Source: Balanoglossus misakiensis (taxonomy: Eukaryota; Animalia; Hemichordata). From it: DNA of 64,000 nt. Shown here piece by piece: positions 34,401 to 49,400 of this stretch (position 1 is its first letter; every line of letters begins with the position of its first letter). The stretch is taken from positions 1,232,699-1,296,698 of the forward strand of contig CM082581.2 in the NCBI GenBank assembly GCA_040954595.2, written 5' to 3'. Both the position numbers and the translations under genes were made by a program. Below the pieces are notes generated by a model that saw only the letters and a program-made list of their open reading frames with translations, made no database searches and was not told the DNA's origin.

Positions 34401-37400
34401 AAATCGACTAAATGTTGAGATTTTGCAAAGTCGAAAATGTGTCATTTTTTGATGATTTTCACCCGTTTTTTTTTCAAAATTTGTCATTTTTTCATGATTT
34501 TCAACCATGATTTTTTTTCAAAAATCGACGAAATTTTGTGATTTTACAAAGTCGAAAATTTTGTCATTTTTTGATGATTTTCAACCATGATTTTTTTTCA
34601 AAAATCGACGAAAATTTGAGATTTTGCAAAGACGAAAATTTGTCATTTTTGATGATTTTTACCCATGATTTTTTTTCAAAAATGGACGAAATTTTGAGAT
34701 TTTGCAAAGACGAAAATTTGTCATTTTTTGATGATTTTCACCCATGATTTTTTTTCAAAAATCGACGAAATTTTGAGATTTTGCAAAGTCGTAAATGTGT
34801 CATTTTTTGATGATTTTCACCAGTTTTTTTTTTTCAAAATTTGTCATTTTTTCATGATTTTCCCCCATGATTTTTTTCAAAAATCGACGAAAATTTAAGA
34901 TTTTGCAGAGACGAAAATTTGTCATTTTTTATGATTTTTACCCATGATTTTTTTTCAAAAATGGACGAAATTTTGAGATTTTGCAAAGACGAAAATTTGT
35001 CATTTTTTGATGATTTTCACCCATGATTTTTTTTCAAAAAACGACGAAATTTTGAGATTTTGCAAAGAGGAAAATTTGTCATTTTTTCATGATTTTCACC
35101 CATGATTTTTTTCAAAAATCGACGAAAATTTGAGATTTTGCAAAGACGAAAATTTGTCATTTTTGATGATTTTTACCCATGATTTTTTTTCAAAAATGGA
35201 CGAAATTTTGAGATTTTGCAAAGACGAAAATTTGTCATTTTTTGATGATTTTCACCAATGTTTTTTGTTCAAAAAACGACGAAATTTTGAGATTTTGCAG
35301 AGGAAAATGTGTAATTTTTTGATGATTTTCACCCGTTTTTTTTTTCAAAATTTGTCATTTTTTGATGATTTTCTCCCATGATTTTTTTCAAAAATTGACG
35401 AAATTTTGAGATTTTGCAAAGTCGAAAATTTGTCATTTTTTGATGATTTTCCCCCATGTTTTTTTTTTTAAATGGACGAAATTTTGAGATTTTGCAAAGA
35501 CGAAAATTTGTTATTTTTTGATGATTTTCACACATGATTTTTTTCAAAAATCGACGAAATTTTGAGATTTTGCAAAGACGAAAATTTGTCATTTTTTGAT
35601 GATTTTTACCCATGATTTTTTTTCAAAAATGGACGAAATTTTGAGGTTTTGCAAAGTCGAAAATGTGTTATTTTTTGATGATTTTCACCCATGTCTTTTT
35701 TTAAAAATCGACGAAATTTTGAGATTTTGCAAAGAGGAAAATTTGTCATTTTTTCATGATTTTCCCCCATGATTTTTTTCAAAAATCGACGAAATTTTGA
35801 GATTTTGCAAAGTCGACGAAAATGTGTCATTTTTTGATGATTTTCAACCGTTTTTTTTCAAAATTTGTCATTTTTTTGATGATTTTCACCCATGATTTTT
35901 TTCAAAAATCGACGAAATTTTGAGATTTTGCAAAGTCGAAAATTTGTCATTTTTTGATGATTTTCACCCATGATTTTTTTCAAAAATCGACGAAATTTTG
36001 AGATTTTGCAAAGTCGAAAATGTGTCATTTTTTGATGATTTTCACCCATGTTTTTTTTTTTTAAATCGACGAACCTATGATTTTTTTCAAAATCGACGAA
36101 ATTTTGTGATTTTGCAAAGTCGAAAATTTTGTCATTTTTTGATGATTTTCAACCATGATTTTTTTTCAAAAATTGACGAAATTTTGAGATTTTGCAAAAT
36201 CGAAAATTTGTCATTTTTTGATGATTTTCCCCCAATGGTTTTTTTCAAAATCGACGAAATTTTGAGATTTTGCAAAGTCGAAAATTTGTCATTTTTTGAT
36301 GATTTTCCCCCATGATTTTTTTTCAAAAATGGACGAAATTTTGAGATTTTGCAAAGACGAAAATTTGTCATTTTTTGATGATTTTCACCCATGATTTTTT
36401 TTCAAAAATCGACGAAATTTTGAGATTTTGCAAAGTCGAAAATGTGTCATTTTTTGATGATTTTCACCCGTTTTTTTTCAAAATTTGTCATTTTTTGATG
36501 ATTTTCACCCATGATTTTTTTTCAAAAATCGACGAAATTTTGAGATTTTGCAAAGTCGAAAATGTGTCATTTTTTGATGATTTTCACCCATGATTTTTTT
36601 CAAAAATCGACGAAATTTTGAGATTTTGCGAAGTCGAAAATTTGTCATTTTTTGATGATTTTCACCCATGATTTTTTTCAAAAATCGACGAAATGTTGAG
36701 ATTTTGCAAAGTCGAAAATTTGTCATTTTTTGATGATTTTCACCCATGATTTTTTTCAAAAATCGACGAAATGTTGAGATTTTGCAAAGTCGAAAATTTT
36801 GTCATTTTTTGATGATTTTCAACCATGATTTTTTTCAAAAATCGACTAAATGTTGAGATTTTGCAAAGTCGAAAATGTGTCATTTTTTGATGATTTTCAC
36901 CCGTTTTTTTTTCAAAATTTGTCATTTTTTCATGATTTTCAACCATGATTTTTTTTCAAAAATCGACGAAATTTTGTGATTTTACAAAGTCGAAAATTTT
37001 GTCATTTTTTGATGATTTTCAACCATGATTTTTTTTCAAAAATCGACGAAAATTTGAGATTTTGCAAAGACGAAAATTTGTCATTTTTGATGATTTTTAC
37101 CCATGATTTTTTTTCAAAAATGGACGAAATTTTGAGATTTTGCAAAGACGAAAATTTGTCATTTTTTGATGATTTTCACCCATGATTTTTTTTCAAAAAT
37201 CGACGAAATTTTGAGATTTTGCAAAGTCGTAAATGTGTCATTTTTTGATGATTTTCACCAGTTTTTTTTTTTCAAAATTTGTCATTTTTTCATGATTTTC
37301 CCCCATGATTTTTTTCAAAAATCGACGAAAATTTAAGATTTTGCAGAGACGAAAATTTGTCATTTTTTATGATTTTTACCCATGATTTTTTTTCAAAAAT

Positions 37401-40400
37401 GGACGAAATTTTGAGATTTTGCAAAGACGAAAATTTGTCATTTTTTGATGATTTTCACCCATGATTTTTTTTCAAAAAACGACGAAATTTTGAGATTTTG
37501 CAAAGAGGAAAATTTGTCATTTTTTCATGATTTTCACCCATGATTTTTTTCAAAAATCGACGAAAATTTGAGATTTTGCAAAGACGAAAATTTGTCATTT
37601 TTGATGATTTTTACCCATGATTTTTTTTCAAAAATGGACGAAATTTTGAGATTTTGCAAAGACGAAAATTTGTCATTTTTTGATGATTTTCACCAATGTT
37701 TTTTGTTCAAAAAACGACGAAATTTTGAGATTTTGCAGAGGAAAATGTGTAATTTTTTGATGATTTTCACCCGTTTTTTTTTTCAAAATTTGTCATTTTT
37801 TGATGATTTTCTCCCATGATTTTTTTCAAAAATTGACGAAATTTTGAGATTTTGCAAAGTCGAAAATTTGTCATTTTTTGATGATTTTCCCCCATGTTTT
37901 TTTTTTTAAATGGACGAAATTTTGAGATTTTGCAAAGACGAAAATTTGTTATTTTTTGATGATTTTCACACATGATTTTTTTCAAAAATCGACGAAATTT
38001 TGAGATTTTGCAAAGACGAAAATTTGTCATTTTTTGATGATTTTTACCCATGATTTTTTTTCAAAAATGGACGAAATTTTGAGGTTTTGCAAAGTCGAAA
38101 ATGTGTTATTTTTTGATGATTTTCACCCATGTCTTTTTTTAAAAATCGACGAAATTTTGAGATTTTGCAAAGAGGAAAATTTGTCATTTTTTCATGATTT
38201 TCCCCCATGATTTTTTTCAAAAATCGACGAAATTTTGAGATTTTGCAAAGTCGACGAAAATGTGTCATTTTTTGATGATTTTCAACCGTTTTTTTTCAAA
38301 ATTTGTCATTTTTTTGATGATTTTCACCCATGATTTTTTTTCAAAAATCGACGAAATTTTGAGATTTTGCAAAGTCGAAAATTTGTCATTTTTTGATGAT
38401 TTTCACCCAATGTTTTTTTTTCAAAAATGGACGAACCCATGATTTTTTTCAAAATCGACGAAATTTTGAGATTTTGCAAAGTCGAAAATTTGTCATTGTC
38501 ATGATGATTTTCAACCATGATTTTTTTCAAAAATTGACGAAATTTTGAGATTTTGCAGTCAAAAATTTGTCATTTTTTGATGATTTTCACCCATGATTTT
38601 TTTTCACAAATCGACGAAATTTTGAGATTTTGCAGTCGTAAATTTGTCATTTTTTAATGATTTTCCTCCATGATTTTTTTTCAAAAATCGACGAAATTTT
38701 GAGATTTTGCAAAGTCTAAAATTTGTCATTTTTTGATGATTTTCACCCATGTCTTTTTTCAAAAATCGACGAAATTTTGAGATTTTGCAAAGAGGAAAAT
38801 TTGTCATTTTTTGATGATTTTCAACAATGATTTTTTTTCAAAAATCGACGAAATTTTGAGATTTTGCAGTCAAAAATTTGTCATTTTTTGATGATTTTCA
38901 ACAATTTTTTTAAAAAATCGACGAAAATTTGAGATTTTGCAGTAAAAAATTTGTCATTTTTTGATGATTTTCACCCATGATTTTTTCAAAATTGGCAAAA
39001 TTTTGAGATTTTGCAAAGTCGAAAATTTGTCATTTTTTGATGATTTTCACCCATGATTTTTTTTCACAAATCGACGAAATTTTGAGATTTTGTAGTCGTT
39101 AATTTGTCATTTTTTGATGATTTTCCCCCATGATTTTTTTCAAAAATCAACGAAATTTTGAGATTTTGCAAAGTCGAAAATTTGTCATTTTTAGATGATT
39201 TTCACCCGTCTTTTTTCAAAAAATCGACGAAATTTTGAGATTTTGCAAAGAGGAAAATTTGTCATTTTTTGATAATTTTCAACAATGATTTATTTCAAAA
39301 ATCGACGAAATTTTGAGATTTTGCAGTCGAAAATTTGTCATTTTTTGATGATTTTCCCCCATGATTTTTTTCAAAAATCGACGAAATTTTGAGATTTTGC
39401 AAAGTTGAAAATTTTTCAAAAATCGACGAAATTTATAGATTTTGCAAAGAGGAAAATTTGTCATTTTTTGATGATTTTCACCCATGATTTTTTTCAAAAT
39501 TGACGAAATTTTGAGTTTTTGCAGTCGAAAATTTGTAATTTTTTGATGATTTTCACCCGTTTTTTTTTCAAAAATCGACGAAATTTTGAGATTTTGCAGT
39601 CGAAAATTTGTCATTTTTTGATGATTTTCACCCATGATTTTTTCAAAATTGACGAAATTTTGAAATTTTGCAGTCGAAAATTTGTCATTTTTTGATCATT
39701 TTCCCCATGATTTTTTTCAAAAATCGACGAAATTTTGAGATTTTGCAAAGTCGAAAATTTGTCATTTTTTGATGATTTTCACCCTTGATTTTCTTCAAAA
39801 ATCGACGAAATTTTGAGATTTTGCAAAGTCGAAAATTTGTCATTTTTTGATGATTTTCACCCATGATTTTTTTCAAAAATCGATGAAATTTTGAGATTTT
39901 GCAGTAAAAAAATTGTCATTATTTGATGATTTTCGACCATGATTTTTTTCAAAATTGACGAAATTTTGAGATTTTGCAGTCGAAAATTTGTCATTTTTTG
40001 ATCATTTTCCCCCATGATTTTTTTCAAAAATCGACGAAATTTTCAGATTTTGCAAAGTCGAAAATTAGTCATTTTTTCATGATTTTCACCCATGATTTTT
40101 TCAAAAATCGACGAAATTTTGAGATTTTGCAAAGTCGAAAATTTGTCATTTTTTGATGATTTTCACCCATGTCTTTTTTCAAAAATCGACGAAATTTTGA
40201 GATTTTGCAAAGAGGAAAATTTGTCATTTTTTGATGATTTTCAACAATGATATTTTTTCAAAAATCGACGAAATTTTGAGATTTTGCAGTAAAAAATTTG
40301 TCATTTTTTGATGATTTTCAACAATTTTTTTAAAAAATCGACGAAAATTTGAGATTTTGCAGTAAAAAATTTGTCATTTTTTGATGATTTTGACCCATGA

Positions 40401-43400
40401 TTTTTTCAAAATTGGCAAAATTTTGAGATTTTGCAAAGTCGAAAATTTGTCATTTTTTGATGATTTTCACCCATGATTTTTTTCAAAAATCGATGAAATT
40501 TTGAGATTTTGCAGTAAAAAAATTGTCATTTTTTGATGATTTTCACCCATGATTTTTTTCAAAATTGACGAAATTTTGAGATTTTGCAGTCGAAAATTTG
40601 TCATTTTTTGATCTTTTTCCCCCATGATTTTTTTCAAAAATCGACGAAATTTTCAGATTTTGCAAAGTCGAAAATTTGTCATTTTTTCATGATTTTCACC
40701 CATGATTTTTTTGAAAAATCGACCAAATTTTGAGATTTTGCAGTCGAAAATTTGTCATTTTTTGATGATTTTCACCCATGATTTTCTTCAAAAATCGACG
40801 AAATTTTGAGATTTTGCAAAGTCGAAAATTTGTCATTTTTTGATGATTTTCACCCATGATTTTTTTCAAAAATCGACGAAATTTTGAGATTTTGCAAAGT
40901 CGAAAATTTGTCATTTTTTGATGGTTTTCACCCATGATTTTTTTTCAAAAATCGACGAAATTTTGAGATTTTGCAAAGTCGAAAATGTGTCATTTTTTGA
41001 TGATTTTCACCCGTTTTTTTTTCAAAATTTGTCATTTTTTCATGATTTTCACCCATGATTTTTTTCAAAAATCGACGAAATTTTGAGATTTTGCAAAGTC
41101 GAAAATTTGTCATTTTTTGATGATTTTCACCCATGATTTTTTTCAAAAATCGACGAAATTTTGAGATTTTGCAAAGTCGAAAATGTGTCATTTTTTGATG
41201 ATTTTCACCCATGTTTTTTTTTTTTAAATCGACGAACCTATGATTTTTTTCAAAATCAACGAAATTTTGTGATTTTGCAAAGTCGAAAATTTTGTCATTT
41301 TTTGATGATTTTCAACCATGATTTTTTTTCAAAAATTGACGAAATTTTGAGATTTTGCAAAATCGAAAATTTGTCATTTTTTGATGATTTTCCCCCAATG
41401 GTTTTTTTCAAAATCGACGAAATTTTGAGATTTTGCAAAGTCGAAAATTTGTCATTTTTTGATGATTTTCCCCCATGATTTTTTTTCAAAAATGGACGAA
41501 ATTTTGAGATTTTGCAAAGACGAAAATTTGTCATTTTTTGATGATTTTCACCCATGATTTTTTTTCAAAAATCGACGAAATTTTGAGATTTTGCAAAGTC
41601 GAAAATGTGTCATTTTTTGATGATTTTCACCCGTTTTTTTTCAAAATTTGTCATTTTTTGATGATTTTCACCCATGATTTTTTTTCAAAAATCGACGAAA
41701 TTTTGAGATTTTGCAAAGTCGAAAATGTGTCATTTTTTGATGATTTTCACCCATGATTTTTTTCAAAAATCGACGAAATTTTGAGATTTTGCGAAGTCGA
41801 AAATTTGTCATTTTTTGATGATTTTCACCCATGATTTTTTTCAAAAATCGACGAAATGTTGAGATTTTGCAAAGTCGAAAATTTGTCATTTTTTGATGAT
41901 TTTCACCCATGATTTTTTTCAAAAATCGACGAAATTTTGAGATTTTGCAGAGGAAAATGTGTCATTTTTTGATGATTTTCACCCGTTTTTTTTTCAAAAT
42001 TTGTCATTTTTTGATGATTTTCTCCCATGATTTTTTTCAAAAATTGACGAAATTTTGAGATTTTGCAAAGTCGAAAATTTGTCATTTTTTGATGATTTTC
42101 ACCCATGATTTTTTTCAAAAATCGACGAAATTTTGAGATTTTGCAAAGTCGAAAATTTGTCATTTTTTGATGATTTTCAACCATGATTTTTTTCAAAAAT
42201 CGACGAAATTTTGAGATTTTGCAAAGAGGAAAATTTGTCATTTTTTCATGATTTTCCCCCATGATTTTTTTCAAAAATCGACGAAAATTTGAGATTTTGC
42301 AAAGACGAAAATTTGTCATTTTTGATGATTTTTACCCATGATTTTTTTTCAAAAATGGACGAAATTTTGAGATTTTGCAAAGACGAAAATTTGTCATTTT
42401 TTGATGATTTTCACCAATGATTTTTTTTTCAAAATTTGTCATTTTTTGATGATTTTCTCCCATGATTTTTTTCAAAAATTGACGAAATTTTGAGATTTTG
42501 CAAAGTCGAAAATTTGTCATTTTTTGATGATTTTCACCCATGTTTTTTTTCAAAAATCGACGAAATTTTGAGATTTTGCAAAGTCGAAAATTTGTCATTT
42601 TTTGATGATTTTCCCCCATGTTTTTTTTTTTAAATGGACGAAATTTTGAGATTTTGCAAAGACGAAAATTTGTTATTTTTTGATGATTTTCACCCATGAT
42701 TTTTTCAAAAATTGACGAAATTTTGAGATTTTGCAAAGTCGAAAATTTGTCATTTTTGATGATTTTCACACATGATTTTTTTCAAAAATCGACGAAATTG
42801 TGAGATTTTGCAAAGACGAAAATTTGTCATTTTTTGATGATTTTTACCCATGATTTTTTTTCAAAAATGGACGAAATTTTGAGGTTTTGCAAAGTCGAAA
42901 ATTTGTCATTTTTTGATGATTTTCACACATGATTTTTTTCAAAAATCGACGAAATTGTGAGATTTTGCAAAGACGAAAATTTGTCATTTTTTGATGATTT
43001 TTACCCATGATTTTTTTTCAAAAATGGACGAAATTTTGAGGTTTTGCAAAGTCGAAAATTTGTTATTTTTTGATGATTTTCACCCATGTCTTTTTTTAAA
43101 AATCGACGCAATTTTGAGATTTTGCAAAGAGGAAAATTTGTCATTTTTTCATGATTTTCCCCCATGATTTTTTTCAAAAATTGACGAAATTTTGAGATTT
43201 TGCAAAGACGAAAATTTGTCATTTTTGATGATTTTTACCCATGATTTTTTTTCAAAAATGGACGAAATTTTGAGATTTTGCAAAGACGAAAATTTGTCAT
43301 TTTTTGATGATTTTCACCAATGATTTTTTTTTCAAAATTTGTCATTTTTTGATGATTTTCTCCCATGATTTTTTTCAAAAATTGACGAAATTTTGAGATT

Positions 43401-46400
43401 TTGCAAAGTCGAAAATTTGTCATTTTTTGATGATTTTCACCCATGTTTTTTTTCAAAAATCGACGAAATTTTGAGATTTTGCAAAGTCGAAAATTTGTCA
43501 TTTTTTGATGATTTTCCCCCATGTTTTTTTTTTTAAATGGACGAAATTTTGAGATTTTGCAAAGACGAAAATTTGTTATTTTTTGATGATTTTCACCCAT
43601 GATTTTTTCAAAAATTGACGAAATTTTGAGATTTTGCAAAGTCGAAAATTTGTCATTTTTGATGATTTTCACACATGATTTTTTTCAAAAATCGACGAAA
43701 TTGTGAGATTTTGCAAAGACGAAAATTTGTCATTTTTTGATGATTTTTACCCATGATTTTTTTTCAAAAATGGACGAAATTTTGAGGTTTTGCAAAGTCG
43801 AAAATTTGTCATTTTTTGATGATTTTCACACATGATTTTTTTCAAAAATCGACGAAATTGTGAGATTTTGCAAAGACGAAAATTTGTCATTTTTTGATGA
43901 TTTTTACCCATGATTTTTTTTCAAAAATGGACGAAATTTTGAGGTTTTGCAAAGTCGAAAATTTGTTATTTTTTGATGATTTTCACCCATGTCTTTTTTT
44001 AAAAATCGACGCAATTTTGAGATTTTGCAAAGAGGAAAATTTGTCATTTTTTCATGATTTTCCCCCATGATTTTTTTCAAAAATTGACGAAATTTTGAGA
44101 TTTTGCAAAGACGAAAATTTGTCATTTTTGATGATTTTTACCCATGATTTTTTTTCAAAAATGGACGAAATTTTGAGATTTTGCAAAGACGAAAATTTGT
44201 CATTTTTTGATGATTTTCACCAATGATTTTTTTTCAAAATTTGTCATTTTTTGATGATTTTCTCCCATGATTTTTTTCAAAAATTGACGAAATTTTGAGA
44301 TTTTGCAAAGTCGAAAATTTGTCATTTTTTGATGATTTTCACCCATGTTTTTTTTCAAAAATCGACGAAATTTTGAGATTTTGCAAAGTCGAAAATTTGT
44401 CATTTTTTGATGATTTTCCCCCATGTTTTTTTTTTTAAATGGACGAAATTTTGAGATTTTGCAAAGACGAAAATTTGTTATTTTTTGATGATTTTCACCC
44501 ATGATTTTTTCAAAAATTGACGAAATTTTGAGATTTTGCAAAGTCGAAAATTTGTCATTTTTGATGATTTTCACACATGATTTTTTTCAAAAATCGACGA
44601 AATTGTGAGATTTTGCAAAGACGAAAATTTGTCATTTTTTGATGATTTTTACCCATGATTTTTTTTCAAAAATGGACGAAATTTTGAGGTTTTGCAAAGT
44701 CGAAAATTTGTCATTTTTTGATGATTTTCACACATGATTTTTTTCAAAAATCGACGAAATTGTGAGATTTTGCAAAGAGGAAAATTTGTCATTTTTTCAT
44801 GATTTTCCCCCATGATTTTTTTCAAAAATTGACGAAATTTTGAGATTTTGCAAAGTCGAAAATTTGTCATTTTTTGATGATTTTCACCCATGATTTTTTT
44901 TCACAAATCGACGAAATTTTGAGATTTTGCAAAGAGGAAAATTTGTCATTTTTTCATGATTTTCCCCCATGATTTTTTTAAAAAATCGACGAAATTTTGT
45001 GATTTTGCAGTCGAAAATTTGTCATTTTTGATCATTTTCCCCATGATTTTTTTCAAAAATCGACGAAATTTTGAGATTTTGCAAAGTCGAAAATTTGTCA
45101 TTTTTTGATGATTTTCACCCTTGATTTTCTTCAAAAATCGACGAAATTTTGAGATTTTGCAAAGTCGAAAATTTGTCATTTTTTGATGATTTTCACCCAT
45201 GATTTTTTTCAAAAATCGATGAAATTTTGAGATTTTGCAGTAAAAAAATTGTCATTATTTGATGATTTTCGACCATGATTTTTTTCAAAATTGACGAAAT
45301 TTTGAGATTTTGCAGTCGAAAATTTGTCATTTTTTGATCATTTTCCCCCATGATTTTTTTCAAAAATCGACGAAATTTTCAGATTTTGCAAAGTCGAAAA
45401 TTAGTCATTTTTTCATGATTTTCACCCATGATTTTTTCAAAAATCGACGAAATTTTGAGATTTTGCAAAGTCGAAAATTTGTCATTTTTTGATGATTTTC
45501 ACCCATGTCTTTTTTCAAAAATCGACGAAATTTTGAGATTTTGCAAAGAGGAAAATTTGTCATTTTTTGATGATTTTCAACAATGATATTTTTTCAAAAA
45601 TCGACGAAATTTTGAGATTTTGCAGTAAAAAATTTGTCATTTTTTGATGATTTTCAACAATTTTTTTAAAAAATCGACGAAAATTTGAGATTTTGCAGTA
45701 AAAAATTTGTCATTTTTTGATGATTTTGACCCATGATTTTTTCAAAATTGGCAAAATTTTGAGATTTTGCAAAGTCGAAAATTTGTCATTTTTTGATGAT
45801 TTTCACCCATGATTTTTTTCAAAAATCGATGAAATTTTGAGATTTTGCAGTAAAAAAATTGTCATTTTTTGATGATTTTCACCCATGATTTTTTTCAAAA
45901 TTGACGAAATTTTGAGATTTTGCAGTCGAAAATTTGTCATTTTTTGATCTTTTTCCCCCATGATTTTTTTCAAAAATCGACGAAATTTTCAGATTTTGCA
46001 AAGTCGAAAATTTGTCATTTTTTCATGATTTTCACCCATGATTTTTTTGAAAAATCGACGAAATTTTGAGATTTTGCAGTCGAAAATTTGTCATTTTTTG
46101 ATGATTTTCACCCATGATTTTTTTCAAAAATCGACGAAATTTTGAGATTTTGCAAAGTCGAAAATTTGTCATTTTTTGATGATTTTCACCCATGATTTTC
46201 TTCAAAAATCGACGAAATTTTGAGATTTTGCAAAGTCGAAAATTTGTCATTTTTTGATGATTTTCACCCATGATTTTTTTCAAAAATCGACGAAATTTTG
46301 AGATTTTGCAAAGTCGAAAATTTGTCATTTTTTGATGGTTTTCACCCATGATTTTTTTTCAAAAATCGACGAAATTTTGAGATTTTGCAAAGTCGAAAAT

Positions 46401-49400
46401 GTGTCATTTTTTGATGATTTTCACCCGTTTTTTTTTTCAAAATTTGTCATTTTTTCATGATTTTCACCCATGATTTTTTTCAAAAATCGACGAAATTTTG
46501 AGATTTTGCAAAGTCGAAAATTTGTCATTTTTTGATGATTTTCACCCATGATTTTTTTCAAAAATCGACGAAATTTTGAGATTTTGCAAAGTCGAAAATG
46601 TGTCATTTTTTGATGATTTTCACCCATGTTTTTTTTTTTTAAATCGACGAACCTATGATTTTTTTCAAAATCGACGAAATTTTGTGATTTTGCAAAGTCG
46701 AAAATTTTGTCATTTTTTGATGATTTTCAACCATGATTTTTTTTCAAAAATTGACGAAATTTTGAGATTTTGCAAAATCGAAAATTTGTCATTTTTTGAT
46801 GATTTTCCCCCAATGGTTTTTTTCAAAATCGACGAAATTTTGAGATTTTGCAAAGTCGAAAATTTGTCATTTTTTGATGATTTTCCCCCATGATTTTTTT
46901 TCAAAAATGGACGAAATTTTGAGATTTTGCAAAGACGAAAATTTGTCATTTTTTGATGATTTTCACCCATGATTTTTTTTCAAAAATCGACGAAATTTTG
47001 AGATTTTGCAAAGTCGAAAATGTGTCATTTTTTGATGATTTTCACCCGTTTTTTTTCAAAATTTGTCATTTTTTGATGATTTTCACCCATGATTTTTTTT
47101 CAAAAATCGACGAAATTTTGAGATTTTGCAAAGTCGAAAATGTGTCATTTTTTGATGATTTTCACCCATGATTTTTTTCAAAAATCGACGAAATTTTGAG
47201 ATTTTGCGAAGTCGAAAATTTGTCATTTTTTGATGATTTTCACCCATGATTTTTTTCAAAAATCGACGAAATGTTGAGATTTTGCAAAGTCGAAAATTTG
47301 TCATTTTTTGATGATTTTCACCCATGATTTTTTTCAAAAATCGACGAAATGTTGAGATTTTGCAAAGTCGAAAATTTTGTCATTTTTTGATGATTTTCAA
47401 CCATGATTTTTTTCAAAAATCGACTAAATGTTGAGATTTTGCAAAGTCGAAAATGTGTCATTTTTTGATGATTTTCACCCGTTTTTTTTTCAAAATTTGT
47501 CATTTTTTCATGATTTTCAACCATGATTTTTTTTCAAAAATCGACGAAATTTTGTGATTTTACAAAGTCGAAAATTTTGTCATTTTTTGATGATTTTCAA
47601 CCATGATTTTTTTTCAAAAATCGACGAAAATTTGAGATTTTGCAAAGACGAAAATTTGTCATTTTTGATGATTTTTACCCATGATTTTTTTTCAAAAATG
47701 GACGAAATTTTGAGATTTTGCAAAGACGAAAATTTGTCATTTTTTGATGATTTTCACCCATGATTTTTTTTCAAAAATCGACGAAATTTTGAGATTTTGC
47801 AAAGTCGTAAATGTGTCATTTTTTGATGATTTTCACCAGTTTTTTTTTTCAAAATTTGTCATTTTTTCATGATTTTCCCCCATGATTTTTTTCAAAAATC
47901 GACGAAAATTTAAGATTTTGCAGAGACGAAAATTTGTCATTTTTTATGATTTTTACCCATGATTTTTTTTCAAAAATGGACGAAATTTTGAGATTTTGCA
48001 AAGACGAAAATTTGTCATTTTTTGATGATTTTCACCCATGATTTTTTTTCAAAAAACGACGAAATTTTGAGATTTTGCAAAGAGGAAAATTTGTCATTTT
48101 TTCATGATTTTCACCCATGATTTTTTTCAAAAATCGACGAAAATTTGAGATTTTGCAAAGACGAAAATTTGTCATTTTTGATGATTTTTACCCATGATTT
48201 TTTTTCAAAAATGGACGAAATTTTGAGATTTTGCAAAGACGAAAATTTGTCATTTTTTGATGATTTTCACCAATGTTTTTTGTTCAAAAAACGACGAAAT
48301 TTTGAGATTTTGCAGAGGAAAATGTGTAATTTTTTGATGATTTTCACCCGTTTTTTTTTTCAAAATTTGTCATTTTTTGATGATTTTCTCCCATGATTTT
48401 TTTCAAAAATTGACGAAATTTTGAGATTTTGCAAAGTCAAAAATTTGTCATTTTTTGATGATTTTCCCCCATGTTTTTTTTTTTAAATGGACGAAATTTT
48501 GAGATTTTGCAAAGACGAAAATTTGTTATTTTTTGATGATTTTCACACATGATTTTTTTCAAAAATCGACGAAATTTTGAGATTTTGCAAAGACGAAAAT
48601 TTGTCATTTTTTGATGATTTTTACCCATGATTTTTTTTCAAAAATGGACGAAATTTTGAGGTTTTGCAAAGTCGAAAATTTGTTATTTTTTGATGATTTT
48701 CACCCATGTCTTTTTTTAAAAATCGACGAAATTTTGAGATTTTGCAAAGAGGAAAATTTGTCATTTTTTCATGATTTTCCCCCATGATTTTTTTCAAAAA
48801 TCGACGAAATTTTGAGATTTTGCAAAGTCGACGAAAATGTGTCATTTTTTGATGATTTTCAACCGTTTTTTTTCAAAATTTGTCATTTTTTTGATGATTT
48901 TCACCCATGTTTTTTTTTTTAAAAATCGACGAACCTATGATTTTTTTCAAAATCGACGAAATTTTGTGATTTTACAAAGTCGAAAATTTTGTCATTTTTT
49001 GATGATTTTCAACCATGATTTTTTTTCAAAAATCGACGAAAATTTGAGATTTTGCAAAGACGAAAATTTGTCATTTTTGATGATTTTTACCCATGATTTT
49101 TTTCAAAAATGGACGAAATTTTGAGATTTTGCAAAGACGAAAATTTGTCATTTTTTGATGATTTTCACCCATGATTTTTTTTCAAAAATCGACGAAATTT
49201 TGAGATTTTGCAAAGAGGAAAATTTGTCATTTTTTCATGATTTTCCCCCATGATTTTTTTCAAAAATCGACGAAATTTTGTGATTTTACAAAGTCGAAAA
49301 TTTTGTCATTTTTTGATGATTTTCTCCCATGATTTTTTTCAAAAATTGACGAAATTTTGAGATTTTGCAAAGTCGAAAATTTGTCATTTTTGATGATTTT